A DNA stretch of 64,000 nt from Macrostomum lignano (lineage: Eukaryota). The DNA is taken from contig NIVC01001391.1 in NCBI GenBank assembly GCA_002269645.1, positions 62,001-126,000 of the forward strand, given 5' to 3'. The translations under genes were made by a program, and so were the position numbers. This document shows positions 11,660 through 22,528 of this stretch, in pieces. Each line of letters begins with the position of its first letter. Positions within the stretch are counted from its first letter, which is position 1. A model generated the notes under the pieces. It ran no database searches. It saw only the letters and a program-made list of their open reading frames with translations, and had not been told where the DNA came from.

Positions 11660-12545
11660 TGACAGTGATGACAGCTGACTGACAGTGACAGCTGACTGAC
11701 AGTGACAGCTGACTGACAGTGACAGCTGACTGACAGTGACAGCTGACTGACAGTGACAGCTGACTGACAGTGACAGCTGACTGTAGGCACCTGCTGCCCA
11801 GTGCTTGCATAATAAGTGATTTTAGTCCTGTTGTGCATTTCCGATGTACAGCCAATATTCTTGGCTTTCTGTTTTTAATGTACGCAGTCTCAACTGCAGG
11901 GTCGCTGCTAAATATATAAATTGATCGCACAGAGCCTACAATAGATTGAGGCTTTATCGGCTACACACACAACACATAACTTTCTCTCTCTCGGCTTCGC
12001 TCTCTACACTGACTGACAGTGACAGCTGACTGACAGTGACAGCTGACTGACAGTGACAGCTGACTGACAGTGACAGCTGACTGACAGTGACAGCTGACTG
12101 ACAGTGACAGCTGACTGACAGTGACAGCTGACTGACAGTGACAGCTGACTGACAGCTGACTGACAGTGACAGCTGACTGACAGTGACAGCTGACTGACAG
12201 TGACAGCTGACTGACAGTGACAGCTGACTGACAGTGACAGCTGACTGACAGTGACAGCTGACTGACAGTGACAGCTGACTGACAGTGACAGCTGACTGAC
12301 AGTGACAGCTGACTGACAGTGACAGCTGACTGACAGTGACAGCTGACTGACAGCTGACTCACAGTGACAGCTGACTGACAGTGACAGCTGACTGACAGTG
12401 ACAGCTGACTGACAGCTGACTCACAGTGACAGCTGACTGACAGCTGACTCACAGTGACAGCTGACTGACAGCTGACTCACAGTGACAGCTGACTCACAGT
12501 GACAGCTGACTCACAGTGGCAGCTGACTCACAGTGACAACTGATG
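11660..12545. repeat. 17-bp minisatellite (GACTGACAGTGACAGCT)n in two blocks (11660-11785, 12008-12545)
   Basis: Directly visible. Confidence 0.95.
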
Positions 12546-12839
12546 ATTGCCCAGCCTTCACTGAATACTTAGAAAGAAAGGAAAGGGACCTTTGTTTAAG
12601 CCATTCTGATGCACTTGCTTACAGAGAGTGGGGTAATTAAATAAGGAATAATCTAGTGAAAGCACTTCAATTCGTGAACTGACGTTGACGTTAAACTCCA
12701 CCCACCCACGCCATGTTCCCGACCAGCCGGAGTGCATAAGAGGGGGCGATTTTGAGCTGATTCTGAATGGGAGAGAACAATAAAAACAGGACCATCATAT
12801 CGCAAGCTTTAATCTCCACAACGGATCTTTGCGACGGAT

Positions 12840-15305
12840 TCAAAGTGCAAGTACAACAGTACGCTCCGGACAGTAGGCCTCGGCGCGGATGACGTGGCCT
12901 GCCAGCTGGAGTCGCCGACGGCGCAGCAGATCGCTAGGACGGGCCAGGCCGGCGCGATGGTAGAGCGCCATGTTGGTGACTCGCTCGTTGCCGATCTTGA
13001 AGGCGGCGCGCAGCAGGCCAGCGTGCGCCGCGTCGACTTGAGCCTCGAGCGAGTCTGTCAGCGTCCAGGTCTCGGCGTTGTATAACAGGACGGTCTCGAT
13101 CACCGCCTGGAACAGCGCCGCCCTCTGGCGGTCCGGTAGGGCCTCGGACTGCAGGACTGACCTTATAGAACGAAAGGCAGCCCAGGCAAGTCCTCGGCGA
13201 CGCCGCAGATCCTCGCGAACGTCGGGAACCAGACCGCCGAGGTAGACGAACTGCTGACATCTTGGAAGCTCACTCGCCTGTCCGTCAGCGCCTCGGCAGA
13301 AGATTGCAGCCTCGGTGTCGTCCGGCACGCATAGCACGACGGTCTTCTGCGTGTTGACCACCAGGCCGACGCTCGCCGCAACGGCAACCAGCCTATCCAG
13401 CTGTCGTTGGGCGCCCTCGACGGTCGAGGACAGCAGGGCGAGGTCATCGGCGTAGCCAAGCACGCTGAGCCGTCTCTCCGGTTGGCGTCGACCCACGCGT
13501 CGCCGCAGCAGGAAGCCGTCGTCGTTGGAAGGCAGAGCAGTCCGTAGCACCCAGTCAAGCACCAGAATAAATAGGAACGGCGCTAGCGTATCTCCCTGGA
13601 GCACCCCGGAGGATGTCTCGAAGAAATCCGATAGGCCGTCCGGTGTTGAGACAGCAGCCGTCGTGCCGTGGTACAGCGCCATGACAGCAGAAATCAGCAG
13701 CTCTGGCACGTTGTACGCACGGAGCACCTCTGGGAGCGCGTCCCTCACGACCGAGTCGAAGGCCTTCCTGAAATCGACGAAGATCAGGATCAGGGTCAAC
13801 TGGCGGATGCGCGCCTCCTCGATGACTCGCCGAAGAGCCAGGATCTGCGTCACTGTGCCGCGACGGGGCCGGAATCCGTTCTGCTCAGGCCGCAGGTACG
13901 GGTCCAGCACAGGCTGTAGCCGCGATAGCAGCATGCGGTTGAACAGCTTCGCGGCGCAGGACTGTAGGCAGATGCCTCGATGCTCCTCGAGCTTGGTGGT
14001 GCCCGGCTTCTTTGGAATGGCGACGATGTGCGCCGTGGTCCATTCGTTTGGCGCCACCTCACCGGAAAGCACGCGGTTCATCACTCTGGCGACCTCAGTG
14101 GCCACGCAGTGGATCCGCAGCGCCTCGGTGGGCACCTCGTCCGGACCAAGCGCTTTGCCGCCCGGCGACTGCCGAGCGAACTTCACAACGTCGGCTGTGC
14201 TGACTGGGGCAACGTTGAAACTCTCCTCCGCCGGCAACGGCGTCTCCGGCGGCAGCCTCAGATTTTCTGGAAGCGGAGGGGGCGGCGCGTTGACAATGGC
14301 GGCGAAGAACTCGCGCAGCTCGTTCCTGCGCTCATCCGGAGTGTCGCCTGCCAGGTTGAGCGCAATGCGCCGCTTTCGCCCCGTCAGAGTGTTGATGACG
14401 GACCAGGCCACGCGCCCTCTGGCATCGGGCCCTGCGGCAGAGACGGCTTGGATGGCGTCATCGACAGCGGACTGCTGCCGCTGCAGGTAGACAGCCGCCA
14501 GAGCCTCCTCCGCCTCGCGAGTTTGCCGCCCACTCAGACGGAGCCTCTCCAGATCTTCCCTCGCTTCGTCGATCGCGGGGTCGTCCTGCCAGACCGGCTG
14601 CCCGCGCTGGGCCGGTCGCATCAGCGGGACTGCTTGCTCCGCAGCGGCTCGAACTGCAGCGCTCACCTCCGCGTACTCGGCTCCTCCACGCTTGTCGCCC
14701 AGCGCAGTGACAAAGGCACCGGCAAAGCGACGTCGCGTCTCGGCGTCCCTGAGCGCGCGGTAGTAGCGCCGCGGTGGCCGCTTTGGCGGACGGTAGAGCG
14801 GGTCCCGAAGCCGAAGGTCGCAGATGAGCAGTCGATGGTCGGACCGCAGAGCCAGCGGTGTAATGGTGCGGCAGTTGGTGACGTGGCGGCGCTCACGAAA
14901 GCGCACAAGCACGTGGTCGAGCTGTGCCAGCCTCCGCGTAGCGTTCCGGCCGCGCGCGTTCCGCCGCCTCCGCTTGCAGCCCACGAAGGTCGTGAGCCTG
15001 CCCGGTGACTTGCGGAATCTGGTGTTGGCCGACACCATGTCCTGTCTCTCCAGGAAGTCCTCTAGCGCTCCGGTGTTGCCGTTCTCGCGCGCTGTCACGA
15101 AAAGCGATCGCTCGGACCTACGCAGAACTGCGTTCAGGTCTCCGAGAATGACCACTGTGTCACGTTGCGCCATCTCCTCCACCCGCACCGAGAGTTGCTC
15201 GAAGAAGGCCTGAGCCTCATCGGAGCGGGTAGCAGGCGGCGCGTACGCGCAGAACAGGCGGGCGTTCCGGCCGCGGAGCCGGACGTCGACCCGGCAAGCA
15301 CGTGG
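12840..15305 (-). mobile_element. Non-LTR retrotransposon (LINE, RTE-like single ORF): C-terminal part of APE endonuclease + reverse transcriptase, 5'-truncated
   Basis: ILGDLNA, LDHVLV and SDHR (APE); QNGFR, DFRKAFDSV, GVLQGDTLAPFLF and YADD (RT). The frame stays open upstream of 15188 to about 15305 (CAYAPP motif). Confidence 0.92.
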
Positions 15306-15954
15306 AAGTCAGGCGGGGAGCAATCTGGTTGAAGCGGCTCGGCCAAAGAGATTACTTTGGCTGTGCAAATAGTCTACACTAATTTTTTCTTTTAAATTTT
15401 GTTTTAATTTTTCGATACGTTTCTTTTTTGTGGTGAGTGAAGGCATTGAGTGAAGAGGTCCGATTGGTCGATGTTTGCTTTTATATAGCCAGCGGTTTAG
15501 AGCGTAGAAAGTTCTAGAACGCATGCTCGTGCATTCCTGGAGCCAAGCACGCGCGCGAAGGCGAGGAAAAAATCGATATAGCTGAGTGTACGATCTTTGG
15601 TCTCGTAGGAAAGCACGCGGAGATGTGGAGTTTGGCATGCGCAAGGGGCATAGAAAATTCTAGAATAAAATGTTTATGATACGTGTACGGATGGAGCATT
15701 AGATGTGGGACTGTGAGGAGAGAGATATTTTCTCTGTACACGGAGCCTGAGGTCTCTGAGGTGAGGAGCTTGTGGGGAGAGAGGTTTTTCTCTTTAGCTG
15801 AAAACCGGGTGAGATTTTCTCTGTAGCCGAGCGTAGGCCAGCAAAGGAAAGAATTTGGCTGCAAGTTGGAGCCAATTGGCAAAGGAATTCCGTCTCCACT
15901 GAAGGCCAGATTACGAAAATTTGCATGGCTTTACCGAAGGCCGATTCGCGAAGT

Positions 15955-16460
15955 TCGGCCTTGAGTTCGGGGCAGATTGTGAAGGATTTCGGCCTTAATT
16001 TAGGGCCAGATTGTGAAGGATTTCGGCCTTGATTTAGGGCCAGATTGTGAAGGATTTCGGCCTTGAGTGGTGAGGCCAGATTGTGAAGGATTTCGGCCTT
16101 GAGTGGTGAGGCCAGATTGTGAAGGATTTCGGCCTTGAGTGGTGAGGCCAGATTGTGAAGGATTTCGGCCTTGAGTGGTGAGGCCAGATTTTGAAGGATT
16201 TCGGCCTTGAGTGGTGAGGCCAGATTGTGAAGGATTTTGGCCTTTAGTGGTGAGGCCAGATTGTGAAGGATTTCGGCCTTGAGTGGTGAGGCCAGATTGT
16301 GAAGGATTTCGGCCTTGAGTGGTGAGGCCAGATTGTGAAGGATTTCGGCCTTGAGTGGTGAGGCCAGATTGTGAAGGATTTCGGCCTTGAGTTCGGGACA
16401 GATTGTGAAGGATTTCGGCCTTGAGTGGTGAGGCCAGATTGTGAAGGATTTTGGCCTTGC
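15955..16460. repeat. 36-bp tandem repeat (GGCCAGATTGTGAAGGATTTCGGCCTTGAGTGGTGA)n
   Basis: About 14 visible copies; source of the spurious LKAEILHNLASP ORF. Confidence 0.95.
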
Positions 16461-17159
16461 GGTTTTTTTATGCATAAAATACTTTGAATGATTTTTTAAG
16501 CATTATAATTTAAAGTCAAGCTATTAGCTATAAGCTATTAATTATTACTCCATACAAATGGAATCAGTGAGGTTTGAATACCAGAATTGATGTTTTTAGT
16601 TGCATTTGATCTAAGGGGCATTTTGTTGTTCTAGAGAATGGGGGTGGTTGTCTACTTTATCACCCTTAGATGAGCGGTTGTAAGTATTGCACTGGGATAG
16701 CTAATTTTAAATATAAGAGCTTTGTGTGACAAAAAGATTTTAGTAGATGTTGATCCAAGGGGGATTTGGTTGTCCCAGAAGCCCAATCATGACAAGTACG
16801 AGTATGAATATTATCCCGATTAGATCTCAGTAGTTGAAAGTATTGCGATGGGGTTGGTTGGTTTGAGGTGTTAGGGAATTTTGTGTAATATGACGGTGCA
16901 GACTACCCATGTTGCTCACGCAAACGAGCTTCGATTTGTACCATGGTATGTATGGCATGTATGGCTTCGCTTGAAACTGACATAGTCGCTCAGGGGTGAT
17001 GAAGAAAAATGCTGCAGATTCTCGAGCTAAGCAAGAGTGGCTTCAAAAATTTCTGCTTAAGTAGGGGACATAGTATGTCTATGGTAACAACTAAAATCAA
17101 TTTAAGAGAAGTCTCATGTGCTGAAAAAATTATGCAGTGACAGAACTTTTTGATCGCCC

Positions 17160-17440
17160 CTCGTATGCTTGGGCTCTCAAGTTTTCAAAGGCGTCAGCCA
17201 GTAATAAAATTTCTGCTTTAAGACAAACATGGTGATTGTCTTTTAGAGTTCCGCAGTTAAAGCGGTTCCATTTTTTCCCACGTATTTATAAGCTCGTATT
17301 CGTCTTCAGTAACTGAAGATTGAGTTCGTTTGGAATAAAACTTTTCGATTAAGGGTAATTTTTTCCTTGATTACCTCATCTGATGTTATGTTTTCATATG
17401 GATAAAATCACTTTCCTGTTAATAGCAGTAATTCCACATG
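17160..17440 (-). pseudogene. Degraded protein-primed DNA polymerase B fragment (exonuclease-palm linker)
   Basis: Manual translation across frameshifts and a stop: LLTGK*FYPYE...FYSK...EDEYE...WNRFNCGTLKD...LKAEILLLADAFENLR, matching the pPolB KGxxPYE and LLADVFENFR motifs. Confidence 0.75.
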
Positions 17441-17524
17441 GGATAGTGATTGTTGTTAGCGAAAATATTTTGTAAGTAGAATGCATGAGGGGGCTTCTGG
17501 GACAATTTTTTTCACGTGTTATAA

Positions 17525-17655
17525 TCCTAATACCTAATCTCCTAATCTCCACCTCCTAAACCCAACTTCCATCTCCTAATCTCCTAATCTCCTAATCTCC
17601 TAATCTCCTAATCTCCACCTCCTAAACCCAAATTCCATCTCCTAAACCTAATCTC
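17525..17655. repeat. (CTCCTAAT)n short tandem repeat
   Basis: Directly visible. Confidence 0.85.
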
Positions 17656-18420
17656 CAGTGCCCGAACGGTAGACTGTTAATATTGTCATCAAAAATGAAT
17701 CTCTTGTTATCTGCACCCGACAGTCCAATCTTCTTTTGCTGAATTGTGTGAATAATATGGTTTTTGGATTGTAGCTTTCAGAACTCATGTGATGTCTTTT
17801 TGTTGTAATTCAAGGCGTCTCTGTATTCAGCTTCATTAATTTCCTTCCTAACCACGCGTTTCTGAATTCCCTTTGATTTTTTTATTGGGTCTGACGACTC
17901 ACATTTTACAAAATAGGACTTTGCTCTCAACCCAATGAATTCAGTGATTATGTCACCAGCAATCTCGTCCTTCATTTTCCCAATCACTTTCTTGTTAGTG
18001 GCGTCAAACACTTGATCGCCATTCTGTGTCCTGCAAGATTCATCATACTCAGACAAGTCAAACAAATCTTTTTGCTGCAGCATGTCTTGATAAATGTCTT
18101 CTGTTTGAATGTCCATAATAAAACTGTCTGTGTCGGTGTACAAGAGTTTCATTTTATCCTTGTACTGCTGCTTCATGCCATAGAAGAACTGGTACATCAG
18201 ACGTTTTGATTCGTCGAGAACAGTGACACCTGTATAGATCGGCTTGCGCAGCGTCACCTTGGTTTTGTAAAATATGATCACACCTAAGTAGCTATTAAAG
18301 ATGTGGAGTTCTTTGAATGTTGGCTTTGACATATTTGCCTGAATAACAGCAGGCTCTGATGAGGTAACAAGTTTCAGGTTTGTTCTTTTCCGCTCATTCT
18401 CAAGAGTCTTGCCATAGACA
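17650..18420 (-). pseudogene. pPolB C-terminal fragment (motif B to C-terminus), frameshifted near 17790
   Basis: SVYGKTLENERKR, KPIYTGVTVLDESK, YTDTDS (motif C), GKMKDE, EFIGLRAKSY, KSKGI. The shifted frame gives IQSKNHIIHTIQQKKIGLSGADNKR...LPFGHW. Confidence 0.9.
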
Positions 18421-18469
18421 GAGTAGTAGAATGCATGAGGGGGCTTCTGGGACAAAATTTTTAACGTCC

Positions 18470-18790
18470 TCCATAATCCCATTAAATCCATCCATATTAT
18501 CCCCGACAGAATCAGAAAAAAAGGGGGGTCGCACTCGCTCACAAAACGTCTTCCATAATCCCATTAAATCCATCCATATTATCCCTGACAGAATCAGAGC
18601 ATAACAGGTGTCCTACTTGCTCCGAAAACTTCGAACATAACTCCATTAAATCCATCCATATTATGCCTGAATCAGAGGGTTACACTTGTTCCGAAAACTT
18701 CGAACATAATCCTCCTAACCTATCCTCCTTCCTCCACGACAGAATCAGAGCATAACAAGTGTCCTACATCATCCACTGACATCCACCCAT
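18470..18790. repeat. Imperfect direct repeats (CCATAATCCCATTAAATCCATCCATATTAT...GACAGAATCAGA)
   Basis: 3-4 related copies visible. Confidence 0.75.
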
Positions 18791-18928
18791 AGCATCTTCG
18801 AAACAATCAGAAAATAATCTGCATTCTTCTCCCCACATTCAATCCGCAACGCGAAACCAGATCCCAAAGACTTTAAATCATCAGCGCAGGGTGCTCATCC
18901 TCCGAAAAAAATTAAATTCTCAATAAAA

Positions 18929-19168
18929 ATGCTTCCAATCGTCTCTCCAGGTTCTTATTACAAAGCGCACGAGCCTAATTACAAGAGCAAGTACCAGTGC
19001 AAACTAGAATGCAGCGAGTACATGAGAAAATATTGGCCCGGCGTTGATATCAATGTCCCTAATATTAATCTAGCTCTCCAAAGACACTGGTTTCATAATT
19101 ATGGAGTAACCTACGTAAAAGATTACGACAGCTACTATAACTTCGCAGAAATCATTAAACAATTGTGA
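18929..19168 (+). CDS. Hypothetical 79-aa protein (Polinton accessory)
   Basis: Clean ATG ORF with an A-rich start context (ATAAAAATG); its stop abuts the convergent minor-capsid stop. Confidence 0.45.
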   Translation: MLPIVSPGSYYKAHEPNYKSKYQCKLECSEYMRKYWPGVDINVPNINLALQRHWFHNYGVTYVKDYDSYYNFAEIIKQL

Positions 19169-19172
19169 TTTC

Positions 19173-20045
19173 TCACATTCTCTCAATGATTAACGTCAAT
19201 ACAAACTCTTCACCGTTGAAATCAACACCCACCCCATCTTCAGTCTCAAACTGTAGCACAATCTCGTGAATCTCCTTATTACTCAATACAACTCTTTTCA
19301 CTGGATTTGGTTTCTCTACCAGCATCTGTCCTCCAGCAACAGAGTTGGAGATTTTGTACAAAATATTCGTTCGCTTTCCCTTAAATACCCAATCAAGACT
19401 GAGATTACTTCTGATTAGAATATTCAAACCCTTTACAATGTCTGCTATATTGGGTGCTAAGAACAAACCGCTTACATTTTCCCGGGCCATGCTAACAGCC
19501 CCCGACGTTTGAGTGGCGGTCCGCGCTGTGGATTCTGCCTTATAAACTTTCTTCTCGAATCCCAATTCCCTATACCAAGTGTCATCTTTAAACTCAACCT
19601 CCGCATCTTTGTGAACTTGCATGACCACTCTCATTACAGTGAGATCATAGGTTAGTTTGACAGGGAACAGTTTCTTATCTGGCTTACTCGCATCAGGTGT
19701 CTCGAAATGGCCTCTTTTAGTAAAGACATTTTCTAGAAAGTTATTGTAGGTATCCACACTTTGCGTGCTCACATGGAATACCACAGGGTCTGCTGCTGCA
19801 CCTTTCCATTTGTAATAAAACTTATTATTTGCTGCCATCACATTGGGAACGTTTGACCAACCAGTGAAGTCGTTAAGATAGACATGGTAATTAGCGCCTG
19901 GATCCAGGCGAATCGCCTGCTCTAATTTTTCAACAAACATCCCGTTTGAGTCATTAATTCGCCCAGTTATTGTAATAGGAATGCTCTCCTTAGAGTGAGA
20001 AATAATATTATTTAGTCTTTCAGCAATCGCTTCCATTTTTTTCAC
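19173..20045 (-). CDS. Polinton/adintovirus-type minor capsid protein (penton, single jelly-roll), 290 aa
   Basis: AIRLDPGANYHVYL...SNVPNV...NNKFYY near the N-terminus and EIVLQFETEDGVGVDFNGEEFVLTLII at the C-terminus resemble Polinton pentons; lies directly downstream of the MCP. Confidence 0.7.
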   Translation of the reverse strand: MKKMEAIAERLNNIISHSKESIPITITGRINDSNGMFVEKLEQAIRLDPGANYHVYLNDFTGWSNVPNVMAANNKFYYKWKGAAADPVVFHVSTQSVDTYNNFLENVFTKRGHFETPDASKPDKKLFPVKLTYDLTVMRVVMQVHKDAEVEFKDDTWYRELGFEKKVYKAESTARTATQTSGAVSMARENVSGLFLAPNIADIVKGLNILIRSNLSLDWVFKGKRTNILYKISNSVAGGQMLVEKPNPVKRVVLSNKEIHEIVLQFETEDGVGVDFNGEEFVLTLIIERM

Positions 20046-20057
20046 ATAAAAAAATAT

Positions 20058-21344
20058 TTATACTTTACTGGATGAATTGTTGATCATGTTAAGCTTCACC
20101 TTCCTCTCAAATGCATAGACAATGTACAGGTCCACGGGTGTTGCGGCAGTCCTCTCAATGTTAGTCACGATATTCACGGGGCTGTTATCAGTAGGCATTT
20201 GTCTGGCAGACACATCAGCTCCAAACATCGGATATAGAGTTCCATATTGAAGAGCAGTGATAGCAATTCCATTGTTCTCTTTCACAGCCAAGTCGACCAA
20301 CTCGCTGTAAAATTTGCTAATCTTGTTCTGACTGAAATCTCCATTTTGTGGCAGTGCAGGGTAAAGATTATCACTGATTTCATGCTGAATGGACCGCACG
20401 TCTCCATGCATGTAGCGTATAATGCTATTTGGGTTTCTCATGTTAATAATAATATACCTTGGATTGCTGCATGATCCCTCTTTAATGCAGATGTTTGTTC
20501 TAGTTTCGTTTCGCTCATCTCGACACATGTAGGCCGTGTATGCAACATCAATGTCCTTCTCTATTGCCTTAAGATAATCCGCTTTTAGTGCGGTCTTTGG
20601 CTCAATGACTTCCAAATACAGCTCGATTCCGGTTAGCTTCACCTCCATCCTAGCGTGGTCCGCCCCAGTCCACAACACTCTACTGCGATCATCTCTAGTC
20701 ATCCTAAAGGTGTAGCTAAAGTTACTAGTCAGTCGATTAAATGTATTACAGAATCCACTCATGAATCTCAATGGTACAAATACATCAACAGACCGATACA
20801 GCGGGTTCTTAGCAGCATCATCAGTACCTTGCAATGCATAGTTGTATCTCTTCTTCCTCTTTTTATAGCCACTGTCATTGATATCTCCTTCTTTTTCATC
20901 TGCAATAAAACCCGCACCACTTCCCAACTGAATAAAATCAGGATTCTCGATCAAACAATGAGCGTCATAGACAATTCCAAAGTTGGCGATTCGCTCCAAC
21001 TCTGTGCTCCCATTCGATACACTAAACTCCTTGAACATGTACGCCCAAAAGTTACTGATCAGAGCCACATCCGCATCATGCTTGTCAACGTTAGCACGAG
21101 CCGCATCCGCACCACCTTTTGTCTTGAATTGAAATGTCATATGGAAGCCGCTCTTAAGACTGTGCACACTAACCAAAGACGAACATCCATTGTATGTAAA
21201 TGTCAGTGTTTGGCCAGGACCGAGATTAGTTTCATTCTGATTTTCCTGACTGGGAACTCTTACCTGATTCGCTTTGATTGTGCTATCATCACTCAAAATA
21301 GGCTTGTTAATTTTGTAGAAAACTGGTGTCAATGGGTCGTTCAT
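20058..21344 (-). CDS. Polinton/adintovirus-type major capsid protein (double jelly-roll hexon), 428 aa
   Basis: Size, beta-rich composition, and motifs DDSTIK...NLGPG..LTF, AYMFKEFSV...ELE, VPLRFMSGF, NPRYIII and LYPMFGADVS recall Polinton MCPs; intact ORF tandem with the penton. Confidence 0.72.
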   Translation of the reverse strand: MNDPLTPVFYKINKPILSDDSTIKANQVRVPSQENQNETNLGPGQTLTFTYNGCSSLVSVHSLKSGFHMTFQFKTKGGADAARANVDKHDADVALISNFWAYMFKEFSVSNGSTELERIANFGIVYDAHCLIENPDFIQLGSGAGFIADEKEGDINDSGYKKRKKRYNYALQGTDDAAKNPLYRSVDVFVPLRFMSGFCNTFNRLTSNFSYTFRMTRDDRSRVLWTGADHARMEVKLTGIELYLEVIEPKTALKADYLKAIEKDIDVAYTAYMCRDERNETRTNICIKEGSCSNPRYIIINMRNPNSIIRYMHGDVRSIQHEISDNLYPALPQNGDFSQNKISKFYSELVDLAVKENNGIAITALQYGTLYPMFGADVSARQMPTDNSPVNIVTNIERTAATPVDLYIVYAFERKVKLNMINNSSSKV

Positions 21345-21374
21345 TTTTTAACTAAAAATAAAATAAAATAAGAA

Positions 21375-21617
21375 ATGAAGCAGAAAAGTTCATATCATAT
21401 CTCTGAATTGGAGAAGCTAGCACAAGCAGAAAAGAGAGTTACCGGGCTAATAAATAAGGAGCAACAATCCTACAATGAGTTTGTCCAAGCAGCCACAGAG
21501 TTTCATAAGCCTGGGTATGGAGAAGCTAAGAAAAATATTGATCAGGTCAAAGAAACTATCGACGGCATACAGGAAACCCAAGTGCAAAAGGTTTTGGGAA
21601 AAATTCCAGAAGAGTAG
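21375..21617 (+). CDS. Hypothetical 80-aa helical protein, divergent from the MCP
   Basis: ATG ORF starting 30 bp from the MCP start codon; charged, helical composition. Confidence 0.4.
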   Translation: MKQKSSYHISELEKLAQAEKRVTGLINKEQQSYNEFVQAATEFHKPGYGEAKKNIDQVKETIDGIQETQVQKVLGKIPEE

Positions 21618-22528
21618 TATTGGATAACAGAACTCTGCCGCATGAATTTCCGTGGAAAAGCCATGGGCCCTAGTGAGTGAACATACTTACCTATGTAAAT
21701 CCATTGAGCCACTCTGCCGCAGGGCAGGCCATGGAAATTCCATGAGACCTCCTAGTGAGAGTACATTGGTGCAAGTATTTACGAATGGGGTGGGGCTCCG
21801 CGGGAATTCCGTTAACCGCAATGAATGAGTATTGGCAAATGCGTGTTCTGCAACGATGGAAACAGGGGGTTCGGTTCATAAAATCAGGCAATGCTTTGCC
21901 TCTGAATGATATTTAATATTCCATCGGGTATCGTAAAAGGAGGAGGGGCGTGTCTTTATTTCAATGATTACAATAAAATCAATTTGCAATTCATGTCTAA
22001 AATTTGAGCTACCAACTGTTGAAAAATCACTTGCTTTTGGAATTTAAGGATTTCGGAATTTTGGAATTTGGAATTTCAGACAATAATTAGGCAAAAGTTT
22101 CAATAACAAGATGCTGCTTTAATAAGATTATAATAGCCAAGCATCTCCCCCTTTCCTGGGGTGGTGGGTGTGTTGCTAAATGGAATTGGACGCTCCATAA
22201 TTATCAGTTTTATTGCTCCCCAGTCTGGTCGGGAGTTCCAGTTGGCGGCAAGTGCAAAGGAACTTTTGTACATGTATGCTTTTAATAGAGGCTCTGTACC
22301 TGGGTTTTCTAATAAAACTATTAAAAAAAACCGGTTTCTGAGACGGCTGGGTTACTGACTGTAAGCATAGCTAAGCTGTAAACATAGCGGCTATGTTTTT
22401 ATTAACACAGATTCGAATAAGCGAGGTATATAAGACACCGTATACTTGAATACGGAACATAAGTTTCTACTTCTAATTTGAATTTAATTTGAATTTGATT
22501 TTTCTACTCAAAGATTAAAAAATTTGGA

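Larger units (their letters stand above)
8775..11665. repeat. Dispersed-repeat complex: inverted homology 8775-9325 vs 10895-11665, plus a roughly 260-bp direct repeat at 9326-9590 and 11330-11580
   Basis: For example, GTTTCCATGGAGATTTTCTATAGGCCTCGG (9161) is reverse-complemented at about 11040-11070, and ACACTTTAGACTATCCGGGTTTTTTTGTCTGG occurs at both about 9331 and about 11335. Confidence 0.85.

Noticed and set aside
12600-12775. Possible MITE with CCATTC(T/A)GA ends
   Set aside because: The TIR is too short and imperfect and no TSD is evident.
13525-15008. Long + strand ORFs (321 and 342 aa)
   Set aside because: Antisense shadows of the GC-rich LINE ORF.
15955-16460. 36-bp array resembling a CRISPR repeat
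   Set aside because: No unique spacers, no cas genes, and a eukaryotic context; also could not be matched to a Polinton TIR partner.
17650-18420. Idea that this is the missing C-terminus of pPolB A
   Set aside because: It overlaps pPolB A at motif B and the KPI region with a clearly different sequence, so it belongs to another family.
20655-21371. 238-aa + strand ORF
   Set aside because: Antisense to the major capsid ORF; no motifs.
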